Assembly (NCBI GenBank): GCA_035627835.1
Contig: DASPKX010000113.1
Span: 41,358 to 105,357 of the forward strand
Reading direction: 5' to 3'
From: Candidatus Methylomirabilota bacterium
Lineage (GTDB): Bacteria > Verrucomicrobiota > Verrucomicrobiia > Limisphaerales > SXQI01
DNA length: 64,000 nucleotides
Shown: piece after piece, positions 63,680-64,000 of the stretch
Numbering within the stretch: position 1 is the first letter of the stretch
How the letters are laid out: each line of letters starts with the position of its first letter
Notes under the pieces: generated by a model
What the model was told of the DNA's origin: nothing
Seen by the model: only the letters and a program-made list of their open reading frames with translations
Database searches by the model: none
Translations under genes and position numbers: made by a program

Positions 63680-64000
63680 TTATTTCTCCACAGGTTTGCC
63701 GGCCTGGCTCCAACCGTTAAAGCCAGGACCGAGGTCGAGCACGTTGGTGAATTTCAGCTTTTCCATCTGCTCGCAAGCTTTGGCGCTGCGCACACCGCCC
63801 GCGCAATAGACCAGATATTCTTTAGTGGGATCGAGCGCTTTGATCTTCGAGGCAAAGTCTTTGCCGCGAATATCAATGTTCGTGGCTCCGGGGATATGCC
63901 CAGCGGCGAACTCCTCAGGGGTGCGAACATCCAGGAGGACAGGCCTGTTCGCTCGCCAGACCTTTTCGAATAGATCCACACCGACCCGCTTGACCCCAGG
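63680..64000 (-). CDS. rhodanese-domain sulfurtransferase (5' end may lie beyond the window)
   Basis: 'VLLDVRTPEEFAAGHIPGA' and the active-site loop 'YCAGGVRS'. The frame stays open to the window edge. Confidence 0.85.
   Translation of the reverse strand, partial: PGVKRVGVDLFEKVWRANRPVLLDVRTPEEFAAGHIPGATNIDIRGKDFASKIKALDPTKEYLVYCAGGVRSAKACEQMEKLKFTNVLDLGPGFNGWSQAGKPVEK

Noticed and set aside
1-64000. Search by eye for tRNA/rRNA genes, CRISPR arrays, IS elements, integrases and phage genes.
   Set aside because: I found no T-loop/acceptor-like signatures in intergenic regions, no arrays of three or more regularly spaced repeats, and no transposase or integrase-like ORFs. Absence cannot be proven without tRNAscan/Infernal/ISfinder.

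Overview
The window is a 64-kb chromosomal segment of about 55-60% GC by eye. Gene content points to a PVC-superphylum bacterium, most likely Verrucomicrobiota. The indicators are DUF1559/H-X9-DG pseudopilin-like proteins, a PVC-type dehydrogenase/HEAT/CxxCH giant protein, membrane-tethered ECF sigma-like proteins and an LVIVD propeller protein. I can support about 50 protein-coding genes. I recognise no rRNA, tRNA, CRISPR array, transposase or prophage.

Gene content by region:
- 0.8-7.9 kb: a CusCBA-type Cu/Ag efflux operon preceded by two small Cys-containing secreted ORFs.
- 8-19.6 kb: an orphan GAF-GAF-PAS histidine kinase, an ABC exporter, an aspartase-like lyase, a GYF/cNMP-binding protein and a stand-alone CoaB.
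- 19.6-22.9 kb: an orphan single-module NRPS (C-A-T) whose manually derived specificity code resembles serine.
- 26.9-28.5 kb: ilvN-ilvC.
- 31.5-36.9 kb: housekeeping envelope and protein-quality genes (Ctp protease, TsaD, HtrA).
- 37.5-44.5 kb: a glycan cluster (sugar-phosphate transferase, PIG-L deacetylase, formyltransferase, GT, UDP-galactopyranose mutase) interrupted by a LemA-TPM-TPM operon.
- 44.6-57.2 kb: two sigma-like/pseudopilin modules, one of them an ECF-sigma-like/TM/CotH fusion followed by DUF4159-MoxR-DUF58.
- 57.3-64 kb: a stress cluster (ABC exporter, LolA-like, Lon, Hsp20, CsbD, rhodanese).

The most interesting non-genic signal is the 650-bp gene-free gap upstream of ilvN. 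It contains two parS-like palindromes inside a duplicated 24-nt box, two GC hairpin repeats, and a promoter-like element followed by a mini-ORF and an intrinsic terminator.

All functional calls come from motif recognition by eye. No database search or folding calculation was run.
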